Made by a program: the position numbers and the translations under genes
The notes under the pieces: generated by a model
Told to the model about the DNA's origin: nothing
Databases searched by the model: none
The model's input: only the letters and a program-made list of their open reading frames with translations
Virus record (IMG/VR): IMGVR_UViG_3300025436_000002
Coordinates: 96,001 to 160,000 of that record
Reading direction: 5' to 3' (one strand)
Length of the DNA: 64,000 bases
Origin: a virus
Part shown: one piece after another, positions 37,049 to 47,049 of the stretch
Numbering within the stretch: position 1 is the stretch's first letter
How the letters are laid out: every line of letters begins with the position of its first letter

Positions 37049-37100
37049 AGTAACAAACATTCATACATGACTTGAATTATTTCTAATCATGTAGTATACT
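37049..37100 (+). promoter_or_regulatory. stem-loop promoter module; downstream gene appears leaderless
   Basis: tacatga/tcatgta; TTGAAT 37072; TATACT 37095; ATG at 37103. Confidence 0.65.
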
Positions 37101-37102
37101 CA

Positions 37103-37396
37103 ATGAGTAGGGTTTTATTTAAGGATATTGTTATGAAAAAAAGCGACACTTTTAAAACAGATGACATGGAATTGATGTTCTTAGCAGATTTAAAGTCTAG
37201 TATCTCATTTAATACATGTTTAAGTTATCGATCAAAGATTAATCCTCTATTTATTTATGATAACGCTCCAGCTAATATGGAGAAATTTGATACGCTTATA
37301 CAATTTGAAGCCGAAGAATATGTTTTAAACTATATACTATATCTATGCGAGAAGAGACTAGAGGATATTGAAAAATTATCCCTATCCCTACTTTAA
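37103..37396 (+). CDS. hypothetical protein (family with 23819 and 63201)
   Basis: YILYLCEKRLEDIEKL; start codon uncertain. Confidence 0.7.
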   Translation: MSRVLFKDIVMKKSDTFKTDDMELMFLADLKSSISFNTCLSYRSKINPLFIYDNAPANMEKFDTLIQFEAEEYVLNYILYLCEKRLEDIEKLSLSLL

Positions 37397-37411
37397 GTTT
37401 AAAATAGATAA

Positions 37412-37423
37412 TTTATATTCTAT
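37412..37423 (+). promoter_or_regulatory. putative late promoter TTTATATTCTA
   Basis: Upstream of 37448. Confidence 0.55.
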
Positions 37424-37447
37424 GTAGGTAAGATTTGGGAAAAGATT

Positions 37448-38929
37448 ATGATTAACAGAATTAAAAATTTGATAAACGAGTTGGTTGGGGAAGTTACTCA
37501 ACCTATAGTAAACTCGGAAAACTTTAAAAAATGGTTTGACGATAGTAAAATTGTAGATGAGCATGGAGAACCTTTAGTCGTCTACCATGGTACTAATAAA
37601 AACTTTGTAGAGTTCTCTCATGAAGAGATAGGGAGTGGTTCTGGAAACAGGGGTCATTATGGGGAAGGCTTTTATTTCTCGTATGATATACGAGAAGCTA
37701 AGGGCTACGGTAAGAACTTACTAGAAGCTTATCTTAAAATAACTAACCCTTTTGATGCGGGTAATCCTAAAAACTTTGAAAAGTATGCTGAAGATTACGG
37801 ATTTAAAAAAGAAGATTTAGCTATTAACTTTGGATGGCTTATAAGTAGTATTAGGAAGACTGATAAGGTAGCTCATGAGTTAGCTCTGTTAGTAGATGGA
37901 TACGGATTTGAAAAAGGCTGGGAAGTATTCATAGAAAATCATGATGGAAAAGTTCCAGAATCTAAATTAGACTTAAATGAAGTATCTAACTGGATATCTG
38001 AATATTGTAACTCTGATTCTAAGTGGGCTGTTCCCGACTACATAAAAGAAGAATTAAAAGTACTTGGGGAAACTCCAGTATATGAACAAGGTTACGAAGC
38101 TGGTTCTGAACCAAATCTATTATATATGACTGACTATGGACAATCTGGAAGTATAACTAAAACCCTTAAAGAAGACGGATACGATGGAGTTCTTGCAGGA
38201 AGTGAAGTAGTTGCTTTCTATCCGAATCAAATTAAATCAGTTGATAACAAGGGTACTTTTAATCCTAACTCTAATAGTGTGTATGAAAGTGATGATAAGA
38301 CTGAAACAGATAGTTTCAAGACATGGTTCGACGGAAGTAGGGTTGTAGATGAACAAGGTAATCCTCTAGTTGTTTATCATGGAACTAGTGCATCTTTTGA
38401 TACTTTCTCATTAAAACACTTAGGTATCTCGACTAAGGCATCTTCTGCAAAGCAAGGATTCTTCTTCGCTTCTGATGAAGAAACTGCAAGAGGGTATGCT
38501 AATTTTGCTGGAGAACTAGCAGTCCAAGATCTTATAGATAAAGCGGGAAGGATGGAACGATTAAAGAAATGGGACATGGCTGTCTTATACACTAAAAAGG
38601 CTGAGGACTTAGAAGAGAGTGGCGAACATTTGAAGAACTCTACGGTAATGAAAGCTTATTTAAAACTAGAAAACCCTATCATAATTGATGCTGACGGAGA
38701 GTCTTTTGTGGATTTTGAAGATGAAATTCACAAAGCTATTGAAGACTCTAAACGAAGAGGTAGGGATGGAGTTATCATTAAGAACCTCGTAGACAATGCA
38801 GACTATAGTAGCTCTAGGATAGCTACTCACTATCTAGTATTTTCCCCTAATCAAATTAAATCTGTCAATAATAAAGGTACCTTTAGTTTAGATTCTGATA
38901 ATATATATGAACAAGAGGAGGGGATGTAA
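37448..38929 (+). CDS. tandem ART-PolyVal-like (ADP-ribosyltransferase fold) domain protein with leader
   Basis: Two copies of FK.WF..S..VD..G.PLVVYHGT...GF(Y/F)F...A.GY...AYLK..NP...DGV...F.PNQIKSV.NKGTF. Confidence 0.75.
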   Translation: MINRIKNLINELVGEVTQPIVNSENFKKWFDDSKIVDEHGEPLVVYHGTNKNFVEFSHEEIGSGSGNRGHYGEGFYFSYDIREAKGYGKNLLEAYLKITNPFDAGNPKNFEKYAEDYGFKKEDLAINFGWLISSIRKTDKVAHELALLVDGYGFEKGWEVFIENHDGKVPESKLDLNEVSNWISEYCNSDSKWAVPDYIKEELKVLGETPVYEQGYEAGSEPNLLYMTDYGQSGSITKTLKEDGYDGVLAGSEVVAFYPNQIKSVDNKGTFNPNSNSVYESDDKTETDSFKTWFDGSRVVDEQGNPLVVYHGTSASFDTFSLKHLGISTKASSAKQGFFFASDEETARGYANFAGELAVQDLIDKAGRMERLKKWDMAVLYTKKAEDLEESGEHLKNSTVMKAYLKLENPIIIDADGESFVDFEDEIHKAIEDSKRRGRDGVIIKNLVDNADYSSSRIATHYLVFSPNQIKSVNNKGTFSLDSDNIYEQEEGM

Positions 38930-39676
38930 TTGAGTATGAATACAAAATCAAGGTCTTCTACAATAAATTGTGAGGATTTAACGGGTAGGGTATTCCATAT
39001 GTTAAAGGTTGCAGGAATTTATAGTGTGGGTAGTGGCGGAGGAGTAGTTTGGGCTTGTGATTGTACTTGTGGTAATAGAAAAAATATAAGAACTCCTTAC
39101 CTTATTAGTGGGAGTTCTAAGTCTTGTGGCTGTCATAAGAGAAAGACCAATCTAATAGAGGCTTTCGAGGGTCATGCTGAGATAGTAATTAATAGTATTA
39201 AATTTGGAGAAATTCGAGCAATAATAGATCTAGAGGATGTAGCTAAGTGTAAAAATCATACTTGGTGCACTAGTAGCTGTACGGAAGACAAATATGGATT
39301 TTACATAAGAAGTCGGAATACTGAAATGAAGTCGCCCTACCTACACAGATTGGTAATGGGGTCTTCGTCTTCTCATGTGGATCATATTAACCATAATAAG
39401 CTAGATAACCGTAAGTGTAATCTACGTCTAGTAACTGCTGGGGAGAATGCTCAAAATAAGGTGGGTTGTCAATCCAACAATAAAACTAGTGGTATTAAAA
39501 ATATACATTATGATAAAAGTAGACAAAAATGGGGTGTTAGTATATCATTAGAAGGAAATAAAGTATTCTTCAAGAGGTATGATACTCTTGAAGAGGCTAA
39601 ACTAGCTTCTATAGAAGCTAGAAAGAAATTTCATCCTTTTTTTAGTCAGGAGTTTTTAAATGAACCTGAAAATTGA
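38930..39676 (+). CDS. HNH homing endonuclease with AP2 domain
   Basis: LHRLVM, VDHINHNKLDNRKCNLR, N; TSG.K.I...KW (AP2); N-terminal C.C.CG...SCGC. Confidence 0.85.
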   Translation: MSMNTKSRSSTINCEDLTGRVFHMLKVAGIYSVGSGGGVVWACDCTCGNRKNIRTPYLISGSSKSCGCHKRKTNLIEAFEGHAEIVINSIKFGEIRAIIDLEDVAKCKNHTWCTSSCTEDKYGFYIRSRNTEMKSPYLHRLVMGSSSSHVDHINHNKLDNRKCNLRLVTAGENAQNKVGCQSNNKTSGIKNIHYDKSRQKWGVSISLEGNKVFFKRYDTLEEAKLASIEARKKFHPFFSQEFLNEPEN

Positions 39677-40445
39677 AAGTGATCTTCACATAGAATTCAA
39701 GAATCATGAGCCTGACTTATCCGACGTGCAAGTATACGTTATTGCAGGAGATTTAGGTCTATTTAAGAATGAAAAAAAATGGCTTATTGATCTAACTAAC
39801 AAGTATCCAAACGTGGAGATGGTTGTGGTTTCAGGCAACCACTCATTCTATGACACTAATATCGAAAAAGTAGATAGAGAATCGAGAGAGCTTTCTAAGC
39901 AATATGAAAGAATACATTATCTTCAAAATGATTCTATAGTTCTTAACGGGTTTAGGTTTATAACTAGCACTTTATGGACCGACTTCAATAAAGGCAATCC
40001 TACTGCGATGTACCTAGCCCAAGCTAGAATGAATGATTATAAACAGATAAGATATCATGGAGGAGCTTCTAGACTTACTCCATATAGAGTCGCTATATTA
40101 CATAAACAATCTAAGGATTATATATTTAAGACCCTCAATACTAGTGAAGAACCTTGCTTTGTCATATCCCACCATCGTCCTTATATAGAAAGAAATCACA
40201 TGACCGATGAGTTATCCCCAGCTTATGAAGTTGATTTACTTAAAGAGCTTGATAAATGTAAAAAACTGCCTATAGCTTGGTTCCACGGACATGATCACGT
40301 CTCAAGCACTAAGATAATAGAGTATGGGCATGGCTCTGTAGAATTTATATCAAATCAAAAAGGGTATCCTAATGAAGAATCTGGTTTTGATCCGAACTTT
40401 ATTTATATTTTAAATGAGGATGTTTTGGGATTAAGTAATGATTAA
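39660..40445 (+). CDS. calcineurin-like metallophosphoesterase
   Basis: SDLH, AGD, GNH, HH, HGH.H. Confidence 0.9.
   Translation: MNLKIESDLHIEFKNHEPDLSDVQVYVIAGDLGLFKNEKKWLIDLTNKYPNVEMVVVSGNHSFYDTNIEKVDRESRELSKQYERIHYLQNDSIVLNGFRFITSTLWTDFNKGNPTAMYLAQARMNDYKQIRYHGGASRLTPYRVAILHKQSKDYIFKTLNTSEEPCFVISHHRPYIERNHMTDELSPAYEVDLLKELDKCKKLPIAWFHGHDHVSSTKIIEYGHGSVEFISNQKGYPNEESGFDPNFIYILNEDVLGLSND
40402..40413 (+). promoter_or_regulatory. putative late promoter TTTATATTTTAA
   Basis: Inside the 3' end of the upstream gene, before 40438. Confidence 0.55.
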
Positions 40446-42375
40446 TAGAATAAATGAACTAATACATAAGTTATGGACTAATGAGAAAGTTACTAGAGCT
40501 CAACTACACGAGATGAGTTTTGGGATAGAACTTGAGATGAAACATGAAGACATGGATATGTCTGATTTTGGAGTAATGAGGAGAGATGATAAGAAATTCT
40601 TCAATTTAACTAAAAATTGGGATATACACCATGATGGTTCTCTAAGTGGAAATGGTACTGAATTTGTATCCCCTCCTATGCCTTTTGAAGAATTTATAGA
40701 AAAAATCCCCCAAGTCATAACTTATCTTAGAGATGAAGGTTTTTATGGTGATGATGAGTGTGGATATCATATAGGAGTTTCGTCCTCTTCTTTAAATCTT
40801 TCTAAAAATATGAGAGACATGTATGAAAAACTTGAAGATGAATATTCTGAGCTAGTTGCTACTATTTTAGCGTATAATTTAAACTCTAAGGGTTTATTCG
40901 CCCTTGGAGACATTGATAGACAGTCTGGGGAGTATACACAAGACTTGGTAGATACTATTCATATAGACAAAGATGAAGTCGGAGATTTTCTAAAAGATGT
41001 TGAAAGGAATGAGCTGACTCTTGGAGATATTATATCTAACTCTGATAGATTTGTACATGGGGTTGCTCATTTTAGACAAAAAGTAGACCAGAATATACAT
41101 CATGTCTCTATGACAAGAAGGGAGGACTATGTAGAATTTAGAGGCTTAGGGGGTAAAAAAGCTTTTGACAGTCTTAGACTTCCAGACTTTGTTAGAAAAC
41201 TCTGTGTTATCTCAGCTTCTCAGGCTTTGGGCAATATTAAAACTGATTATACTGAACGGGAGCTGTATAAAATATTAAAACCTTACATGAAAGGCATACC
41301 CGAAGTAGCCCATATCTTCCAAACACAATCCAAAGAGACTGAAGGAGCTTCTGGACTTTTAGGGATAATTAATTACTTAAAAGATAAACCTAACTTGAGA
41401 AAAACTGCTTCTAGGATGTCCGACATGACTTTTTCTAAGATGTTTAGAGAATACTTAGGAACAGTTAGACCTAATTCTTTAGAGTTCAAAAAGTTGATGG
41501 TGAGATTTCCGATAGATACTATATACATGTTGCTTAGTTATACTAGAGATTTTAAAGATCTGCTAGGTACTATCTCTGGAGATAAATTTCCTTTAGATAA
41601 AATGCTAGAAGTCTTAGATAGAGAAGGATCTTCCGATTCTAGATTATTTGGAAATATCATGGAAGCTCTTACTAAACTAAAAATAGTAACCCTAACGGAT
41701 AAACAACAACTTGATGTGGTTGATAGATTAAAAGGCGTGTCTGGCATACTTAAATACTTACCTAATGTGGGTCTAAATACATTAGTTTATCTCTTTGGTT
41801 CGGATAATGCAAACGATAGGTTTAATGCGTATCAATATCTTGAATTAAATAATAAGTTAAATCTAATTCCTAAGGAAGAGTTGTTAAAATTCTGGGATAC
41901 TCTATACGAAAAGGGACAGTGGCTGTCATTTAGAGATGGGGCTAAGAAAATATTAACTCCTGAGGAATACCTTACCAGATATCCTAAAGCTCTTCAAGAT
42001 AGGCTACTTCTCAGTGAGCCTGATGTTCTTACCTACGTTTTAGACAACTATGACAAATATAAAAACATGGGTCTCCCTTTCACAGGTGTTATAGTTTGGC
42101 TTGCTAATGATGCTTTAAAGGACGAAGTAGCTGAGAAAAATTTTATAAGGCTAACTGTCTTGAAACCAGAGTTATTATCTCAAATAGATTATATAAGTAG
42201 AGAAGTACAACTAGAAATAGTTAAACAAAGACCTGATGCTATATTATCCATAAAATCTCCCTACAAGGCAACTCTGAATAAAGTAAGAGAGCTTGGTGGA
42301 AAAGATGCAGATAAGTGGATTGAGACTGCTGCGACAGACTTTGGGTATAGAGATGTTATGGATGGTTTATTGTAA
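40438..42375 (+). CDS. amidoligase-2-like (COOH-NH2 ligase) protein, paralog 1
   Basis: FGIELE, DGSL, EFVSP, CGYHIGVS, VEFR. Confidence 0.75.
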   Translation: MINRINELIHKLWTNEKVTRAQLHEMSFGIELEMKHEDMDMSDFGVMRRDDKKFFNLTKNWDIHHDGSLSGNGTEFVSPPMPFEEFIEKIPQVITYLRDEGFYGDDECGYHIGVSSSSLNLSKNMRDMYEKLEDEYSELVATILAYNLNSKGLFALGDIDRQSGEYTQDLVDTIHIDKDEVGDFLKDVERNELTLGDIISNSDRFVHGVAHFRQKVDQNIHHVSMTRREDYVEFRGLGGKKAFDSLRLPDFVRKLCVISASQALGNIKTDYTERELYKILKPYMKGIPEVAHIFQTQSKETEGASGLLGIINYLKDKPNLRKTASRMSDMTFSKMFREYLGTVRPNSLEFKKLMVRFPIDTIYMLLSYTRDFKDLLGTISGDKFPLDKMLEVLDREGSSDSRLFGNIMEALTKLKIVTLTDKQQLDVVDRLKGVSGILKYLPNVGLNTLVYLFGSDNANDRFNAYQYLELNNKLNLIPKEELLKFWDTLYEKGQWLSFRDGAKKILTPEEYLTRYPKALQDRLLLSEPDVLTYVLDNYDKYKNMGLPFTGVIVWLANDALKDEVAEKNFIRLTVLKPELLSQIDYISREVQLEIVKQRPDAILSIKSPYKATLNKVRELGGKDADKWIETAATDFGYRDVMDGLL

Positions 42376-43124
42376 TGCTAAAAAGAATAAAAGAACTTTT
42401 AAAATTGAATGAAGCTACCCTAGAACAAGTGTTAAGTGTTACAGATAGGGACAGGCTTATTAAAACATGTATAGCAAATCTTGAAGTGAGTGGTGAGAGT
42501 CTTAGTCATTTCTATATGTATATTGATTCGGATACTGCTGAGGAGATAGCTGATGAATTAGGAGATTCCGAAGATGTCCATTCACTAGATGACCTGCTTA
42601 ACAAGTATAGTGATGACGAAGTAGTAAACACGAATGCCTTTAAACAGTTCGTATATACCAATACCGAAGCTAAACTTGATAGTGTAGTAGATGAGTTGGA
42701 GGATACTTTAGATTGGCGTAGAGATCATAGTTTCGTAAATCTGTATAGAGCTATTGGATTTTCTAGCTCTGGTAAATTTAATCGACTTACGGGTGAGCAT
42801 GGGGCTACTAACTTATCTTCTTGGTTAGAACATCTTTACGTCAAAGGTAAGCATGTAGGCATCTTCTGGGCTGATTCTTTTGATAAGGCTAAGGAGTTTG
42901 GAAACTTGAATGTTAGCGGAGATTTCTATATTCTAAAAACCAATGTTGAAAATAGATATATTGATTGGTATGAAACTATAAAACTTAGGATGGATTTAAC
43001 TCTTGGGGAGGAAAACGAGATAAGATTATTCAAAGGAACTCCTTTAACAATAGAAACTATATATGACGAAACTGGGGACGAAATAGATATATCCATATTA
43101 GAAGGGAAGAAACTGTATGCTTAG
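42375..43124 (+). CDS. leader-bearing protein, ART-like fold (paralog of 43493)
   Basis: LYRAI, GKH.GI.W, E.EI.L.KG.P. Confidence 0.6.
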   Translation: MLKRIKELLKLNEATLEQVLSVTDRDRLIKTCIANLEVSGESLSHFYMYIDSDTAEEIADELGDSEDVHSLDDLLNKYSDDEVVNTNAFKQFVYTNTEAKLDSVVDELEDTLDWRRDHSFVNLYRAIGFSSSGKFNRLTGEHGATNLSSWLEHLYVKGKHVGIFWADSFDKAKEFGNLNVSGDFYILKTNVENRYIDWYETIKLRMDLTLGEENEIRLFKGTPLTIETIYDETGDEIDISILEGKKLYA

Positions 43125-43491
43125 AAGAATTAAAGAAATACTAGATTACATTAAAGGGGACGTACATAAACAAGATTTAGAAGATATATTTCCCATGGTT
43201 AATAACGTATACTACCTAGATTATAACGGGGACTCTGAGTTTATATATGTACGTAAAGATGATGATACTTTTCATGTGGCTAAACATTTGGGAGGCATGC
43301 AAATGAGGGGAAGACACGGAGAGCTTGTTCCTCATGAAGTAAATGCTGACGAATTACTCTTGACAATACAACAATCTGATGCAAGTTTAGACCCTAGAAA
43401 TGGTGATAGGGAAGTCAGGATACAAGATACTCCCAAAGGTTATGACGTTACTCTTATAGAAATAGATAATGATATCTGGGAGCCTTTGTAG
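43117..43491 (+). CDS. leader-bearing acidic protein
   Basis: MLRRIKEIL. Confidence 0.75.
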   Translation: MLRRIKEILDYIKGDVHKQDLEDIFPMVNNVYYLDYNGDSEFIYVRKDDDTFHVAKHLGGMQMRGRHGELVPHEVNADELLLTIQQSDASLDPRNGDREVRIQDTPKGYDVTLIEIDNDIWEPL

Positions 43492-43492
43492 T

Positions 43493-44167
43493 ATGCTTAG
43501 AAGAATAAAAGAACTTTTAAAATTAAACGAAAAACAACAGACTCTCGACGGTTTTTGGGAAAATATAGATTGGTATAAGTTTGCTGAATGGACTAAAAGC
43601 AATATACCCGACTATATGTATGAAAACGAGAATCCCTTAGACTCTTTTGCGGAAGCGTATGTGGAAGACCACGATATCGACTTAAACGACTTAGATGATA
43701 ATGAGGATTATCAAAGTTGGTTAACGGGTGAATTAGCTTACGCATTAGAAGAAACTTATAGACTTGTAGATCATGCTGTGGGGAGTTCAAATCCTATATC
43801 TATTTACAGAGCTCTTAGAATATCAGGAGACTACTTAGAACATCTTAAAAACCAAGGTAAACATTTAGGTATCTACTGGACATGGGAAGAAAGTCTTGCT
43901 ACTGACTATGAAGGCTCCGAGTCAAGTAGGAATAGCTCTGGTGACTTCTACTTAATTGAGACGGAAGTCCCTCAGACCAATATAAATTGGAGAAATACCC
44001 TACTACAGAATTTTGTATCCCAAGGGGAGAGTGAAATTCAGTTATATAAAGGAGTCCCAATCAAAATTAAACGGATGTGGAAAGCTCCTAATAACTTAAC
44101 TGCTGTACCCAATAGGAAGGAATTAGAAGTTCCTGAAGAGATTAAGAATAAAGTATTTTTTGCCTAA
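43493..44167 (+). CDS. leader-bearing protein, ART-like fold
   Basis: MLRRIKELLKLNE; IYRAL, GIYWT, ESEI. Confidence 0.6.
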   Translation: MLRRIKELLKLNEKQQTLDGFWENIDWYKFAEWTKSNIPDYMYENENPLDSFAEAYVEDHDIDLNDLDDNEDYQSWLTGELAYALEETYRLVDHAVGSSNPISIYRALRISGDYLEHLKNQGKHLGIYWTWEESLATDYEGSESSRNSSGDFYLIETEVPQTNINWRNTLLQNFVSQGESEIQLYKGVPIKIKRMWKAPNNLTAVPNRKELEVPEEIKNKVFFA

Positions 44168-44170
44168 CAC

Positions 44171-44199
44171 TTGACATACTAGTAAAAGTATGCTATCAT
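44171..44199 (+). promoter_or_regulatory. sigma70-type promoter
   Basis: TTGACA-17-(TG)TATCAT. Confidence 0.8.
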
Positions 44200-44205
44200 G
44201 TAATT

Positions 44206-44410
44206 ATTGGAGACGTTTTCTTAAGTTCTCGGTAGGAGGTAGCTACCATTAAGAGAGCAGAAGCGTTTCGGGATAAAATTAAGAAGAACGGTCACTATTC
44301 GCACCACTACCGACTGTATCTTGTATAAATACCTGATGTACCTTGTAGGGGCTGGCTGTCCTACTACATCCGCCTAGGGGCTAAAGAGAGGTTGTGCGAC
44401 CTCTCTTTTT
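44206..44410 (+). ncRNA. candidate structured non-coding RNA (~200 nt)
   Basis: Own promoter and terminator, raised GC, nested hairpins, no ORF. Confidence 0.6.
44383..44410 (+). terminator. intrinsic terminator
   Basis: aaagagaggttg-tg-cgacctctcttttt. Confidence 0.85.
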
Positions 44411-44437
44411 ATTTGTAACAAATTATTAACGTACCCC

Positions 44438-44466
44438 TTGACTTGTACTAAACTACATGGTATACT
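44438..44466 (+). promoter_or_regulatory. sigma70-type promoter
   Basis: TTGACT-17-(TG)TATACT with an upstream GTAAC box. Confidence 0.75.
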
Positions 44467-44491
44467 TCTAATTATAAAGGAGTTTTAGAAC

Positions 44492-44815
44492 ATGATTATA
44501 TTTCCTAAGTTAGATACTTTTTTAGTTGAAAATTCCACAAGAAAACATTTAACCTTATTCTCAAACATTAGAACTCACTCTAGGAAATATTGGGCTCTGG
44601 AGATGTACGATAGATTTATAGTATATGACTTTGAAGATTTTGAGGAATACCACTTCATTGCCTTAGACGATGGAAGATGTACAGCATCCGTATCCGTAAA
44701 GAATATATACTCCTCAATGAAGCAGTCCTTCAATAGCTCAGATAATTTAAAATGTATAGAGATAACTGAAAAATAATTAAAAAAGATGTTAATGTGTAGA
44801 GAAATGATGAAATAG
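44492..44815 (+). pseudogene. ELLK-tail gene with a premature TAA just before the tail
   Basis: ...ITEK*LKKMLMCREMMK* in frame. Confidence 0.6.
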
Positions 44816-44982
44816 GAGATTAATTATGCCAGATATCGAAGATTGTGCTAATAGAGCATTCCTGTATAGTAAGAGGGTAAACCTCACTTCTAGTGAAAAA
44901 CGTATATGTAGATTAGAAGATGAAGTCAAGGTACTCAAGGAGTGTATCGAAGCCTTACTAACTGACAGAATAGGGGATTAAT

Positions 44983-45234
44983 ATGGGTAATGAGAGTCTT
45001 ATTGAAGAAGTACAGAATATTGTTTGGGGACTAAAAGAATCTTTCGGTAAAGGATGTTCGGATTATTTTGAAAGTATTGAAGAATCTCTTATTGGAAAGT
45101 TAGACTCCTTAGATTTTCTTATAGCTAACGATCCTTGGATGGATTCAGATAGACGAGAAACTGGGAGGACTCTCTTTAAAAATCTCAGGACTTTCCTCGT
45201 GGAAATTAGGGAACGTCTCGACTCCAGACAGTAA
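44983..45234 (+). CDS. hypothetical protein
   Basis: SD plus ORF. Confidence 0.65.
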   Translation: MGNESLIEEVQNIVWGLKESFGKGCSDYFESIEESLIGKLDSLDFLIANDPWMDSDRRETGRTLFKNLRTFLVEIRERLDSRQ

Positions 45235-45288
45235 TCTCGTTCTCCATAAAGATAAGAATAACCAATTGATTCTAAATACATGCCCTAG

Positions 45289-45300
45289 TTTATATTTTAA
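45289..45300 (+). promoter_or_regulatory. putative late promoter TTTATATTTTAA
   Basis: Upstream of 45329. Confidence 0.6.
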
Positions 45301-45328
45301 ATAGGAAAAGATATGTAAGGATTAAATT

Positions 45329-45952
45329 ATGGATAGGGCACTAGGTAGGATTAAAAAGCTATGCGAGGATCTATCCTCTGATTTGGCTAACCATTATTTA
45401 TGGTATCGAAGTGTAGATCGAATCCCTAAGGACATTTACAGCTACATTATAGGTGCTGCTAGGAGTTTAACTTATGATATGATAGACGAACCCGAAGTAG
45501 CTGAAATATTAAAAAATGATGAGAGTCTTAGGGCTGTAAAGCTCATGGATTATCCTTTTAAGATAAAAAAAGAAAATACAGGTATGCAGAATTTTGGATA
45601 CGGTATCTACTTTGCCAGTAATTACAAGTGGGCTAGTCGGTATGGAAGTTTTACTTTCGTATCTCGAGTTATGCCTAAAGAGATAGCCGTAATAAAAGAC
45701 TTTCAATCCGAATGGGTTAAACTTTCTGGAGGATTAGGTACAGACATTGCTAACTACTTTCAAGAGATGGGAATTGACCTCCATAGTGAACAAGCTCCTT
45801 TATTTCCTAAACTTATTAAGAAGTTCGCAGGTAAGGATAAAAAAGCGTTACTAGTTAATAACTCATCTGACAGTATTGATGCACAACTTTGTGTATACAA
45901 TACGAGTGCGATATATACTAAATATCTTATATATAAAAACGGAGACTTATAA
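45329..45952 (+). CDS. leader-bearing protein, possible ART-like fold
   Basis: LGRIKKLCE leader; WYRS, GYGIYFA...A..YG. Confidence 0.55.
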   Translation: MDRALGRIKKLCEDLSSDLANHYLWYRSVDRIPKDIYSYIIGAARSLTYDMIDEPEVAEILKNDESLRAVKLMDYPFKIKKENTGMQNFGYGIYFASNYKWASRYGSFTFVSRVMPKEIAVIKDFQSEWVKLSGGLGTDIANYFQEMGIDLHSEQAPLFPKLIKKFAGKDKKALLVNNSSDSIDAQLCVYNTSAIYTKYLIYKNGDL

Positions 45953-46464
45953 TGGAGGATAATTTCGTGGGACTTAATGACTTAAAAAGATTATTAAACA
46001 AAAGTAAAATAAATGAAGCTTCAACACTCAAAGTCTCTTTCAATTTAACAGACTTAGAAAATGTGGTATTAAAATTTGAAACAGGGGTTCTTCCAGTCGA
46101 ACGTCTTATAGAATTTCTAAGAAAAGAAATGGACGAAGCTCTCGAGAAAAGACAAGTCAAGGATAACCATAAGACAAGAGAAGATCAAAAGTTGGCTGAG
46201 GGCATGAAAACACATGCTCGTATTCTTTTTGCAGATGCTTTTGAAACTTTAGGATATGATGCAAATGACTCTTCCATAGTTAGTATGGTTGAGAATTTAA
46301 CCATACACTTTATAAAATTAAAAGTTAAATATAAAGATGCCGATGATACTACTACTGCAACTTCTGCTATTGAGGCAACATGGCATGCATCCTCAAATGA
46401 GTGGAGAGAAGTCTTAGATAGACTTAAAGCTACATTCGAGGGTGAGGTTACTAATGTTGAATAG
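45952..46464 (+). CDS. leader-bearing hypothetical protein
   Basis: LNDLKRLLNKSKINE. Confidence 0.7.
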   Translation: MEDNFVGLNDLKRLLNKSKINEASTLKVSFNLTDLENVVLKFETGVLPVERLIEFLRKEMDEALEKRQVKDNHKTREDQKLAEGMKTHARILFADAFETLGYDANDSSIVSMVENLTIHFIKLKVKYKDADDTTTATSAIEATWHASSNEWREVLDRLKATFEGEVTNVE

Positions 46465-46479
46465 GCTTAACCAGTGCCA

Positions 46480-46508
46480 TTGACTTATTACTAATAATAT
46501 GATATACT
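46480..46508 (+). promoter_or_regulatory. sigma70-type promoter
   Basis: TTGACT-17-(TG)TATACT. Confidence 0.75.
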
Positions 46509-46525
46509 CATGTTAAGTATTAATT

Positions 46526-46774
46526 ATGGAGGGAAATACTTTGGGTACCAAGAATTGTAAAATTAAAACTGAAATTGATTCTGAATTTGTAAAGCATATC
46601 ATTACTGCAATTGCTTGTAGTCATGATTGTGATGAATTAAAAGTCCTCACTCAAGTGTTACAAGATTTATTAGACGACGGTAGAATATCACAAGTCATCT
46701 GGTTTGAGGCTACTAATGCATGGGCATGGGCTAGAAAAATAATAGAAGAATCTGAAGATGAGGACGAGGATTAA
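46526..46774 (+). CDS. hypothetical protein
   Basis: ORF after the promoter; start may be the downstream TTG. Confidence 0.65.
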   Translation: MEGNTLGTKNCKIKTEIDSEFVKHIITAIACSHDCDELKVLTQVLQDLLDDGRISQVIWFEATNAWAWARKIIEESEDEDED

Positions 46775-47049
46775 TGGATTTACAATATTTAGGCATAGCT
46801 TTTTATTTATATCTTATAGTTGGAATGCTCTTATACTGGAGCATTATAAATATTTTTAAAATATCAAGTAATACCAATGAACTTAGGGAAGTACTATCTG
46901 AGCATAATAAGAATAATGGATTCCATATGACCGAAGATACTATATGGACACTTATAAAATCTCCTAGAGTAATGACTTTATTTATAATTGGATATCCTCT
47001 ACTTGCATTACACTTAATAATTAAATTATTTTTTAAAAAAGTAATATGA
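46774..47049 (+). CDS. membrane protein (2 TM)
   Basis: Hydrophobic helices. Confidence 0.7.
   Translation: MDLQYLGIAFYLYLIVGMLLYWSIINIFKISSNTNELREVLSEHNKNNGFHMTEDTIWTLIKSPRVMTLFIIGYPLLALHLIIKLFFKKVI

Noticed and set aside
33438-39676. Group I introns around the GIY-YIG and HNH genes
   Set aside because: The flanking ORFs abut or overlap the endonuclease genes and look complete, leaving no room for intron core elements. They appear free-standing.
44206-44410. tRNA, tmRNA or hammerhead identity for the structured region
   Set aside because: No cloverleaf or TPsiC/CCA end and no CUGAUGA...GAAA core; left as an unclassified candidate.
22527-44815. Stop-codon reassignment suggested by in-frame stops (TGA 22665, TAA 27443, TAA 44774)
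   Set aside because: The interrupting stops are of different types, and TAA, TAG and TGA all terminate well-coupled genes. Pseudogenisation or sequence error is simpler.
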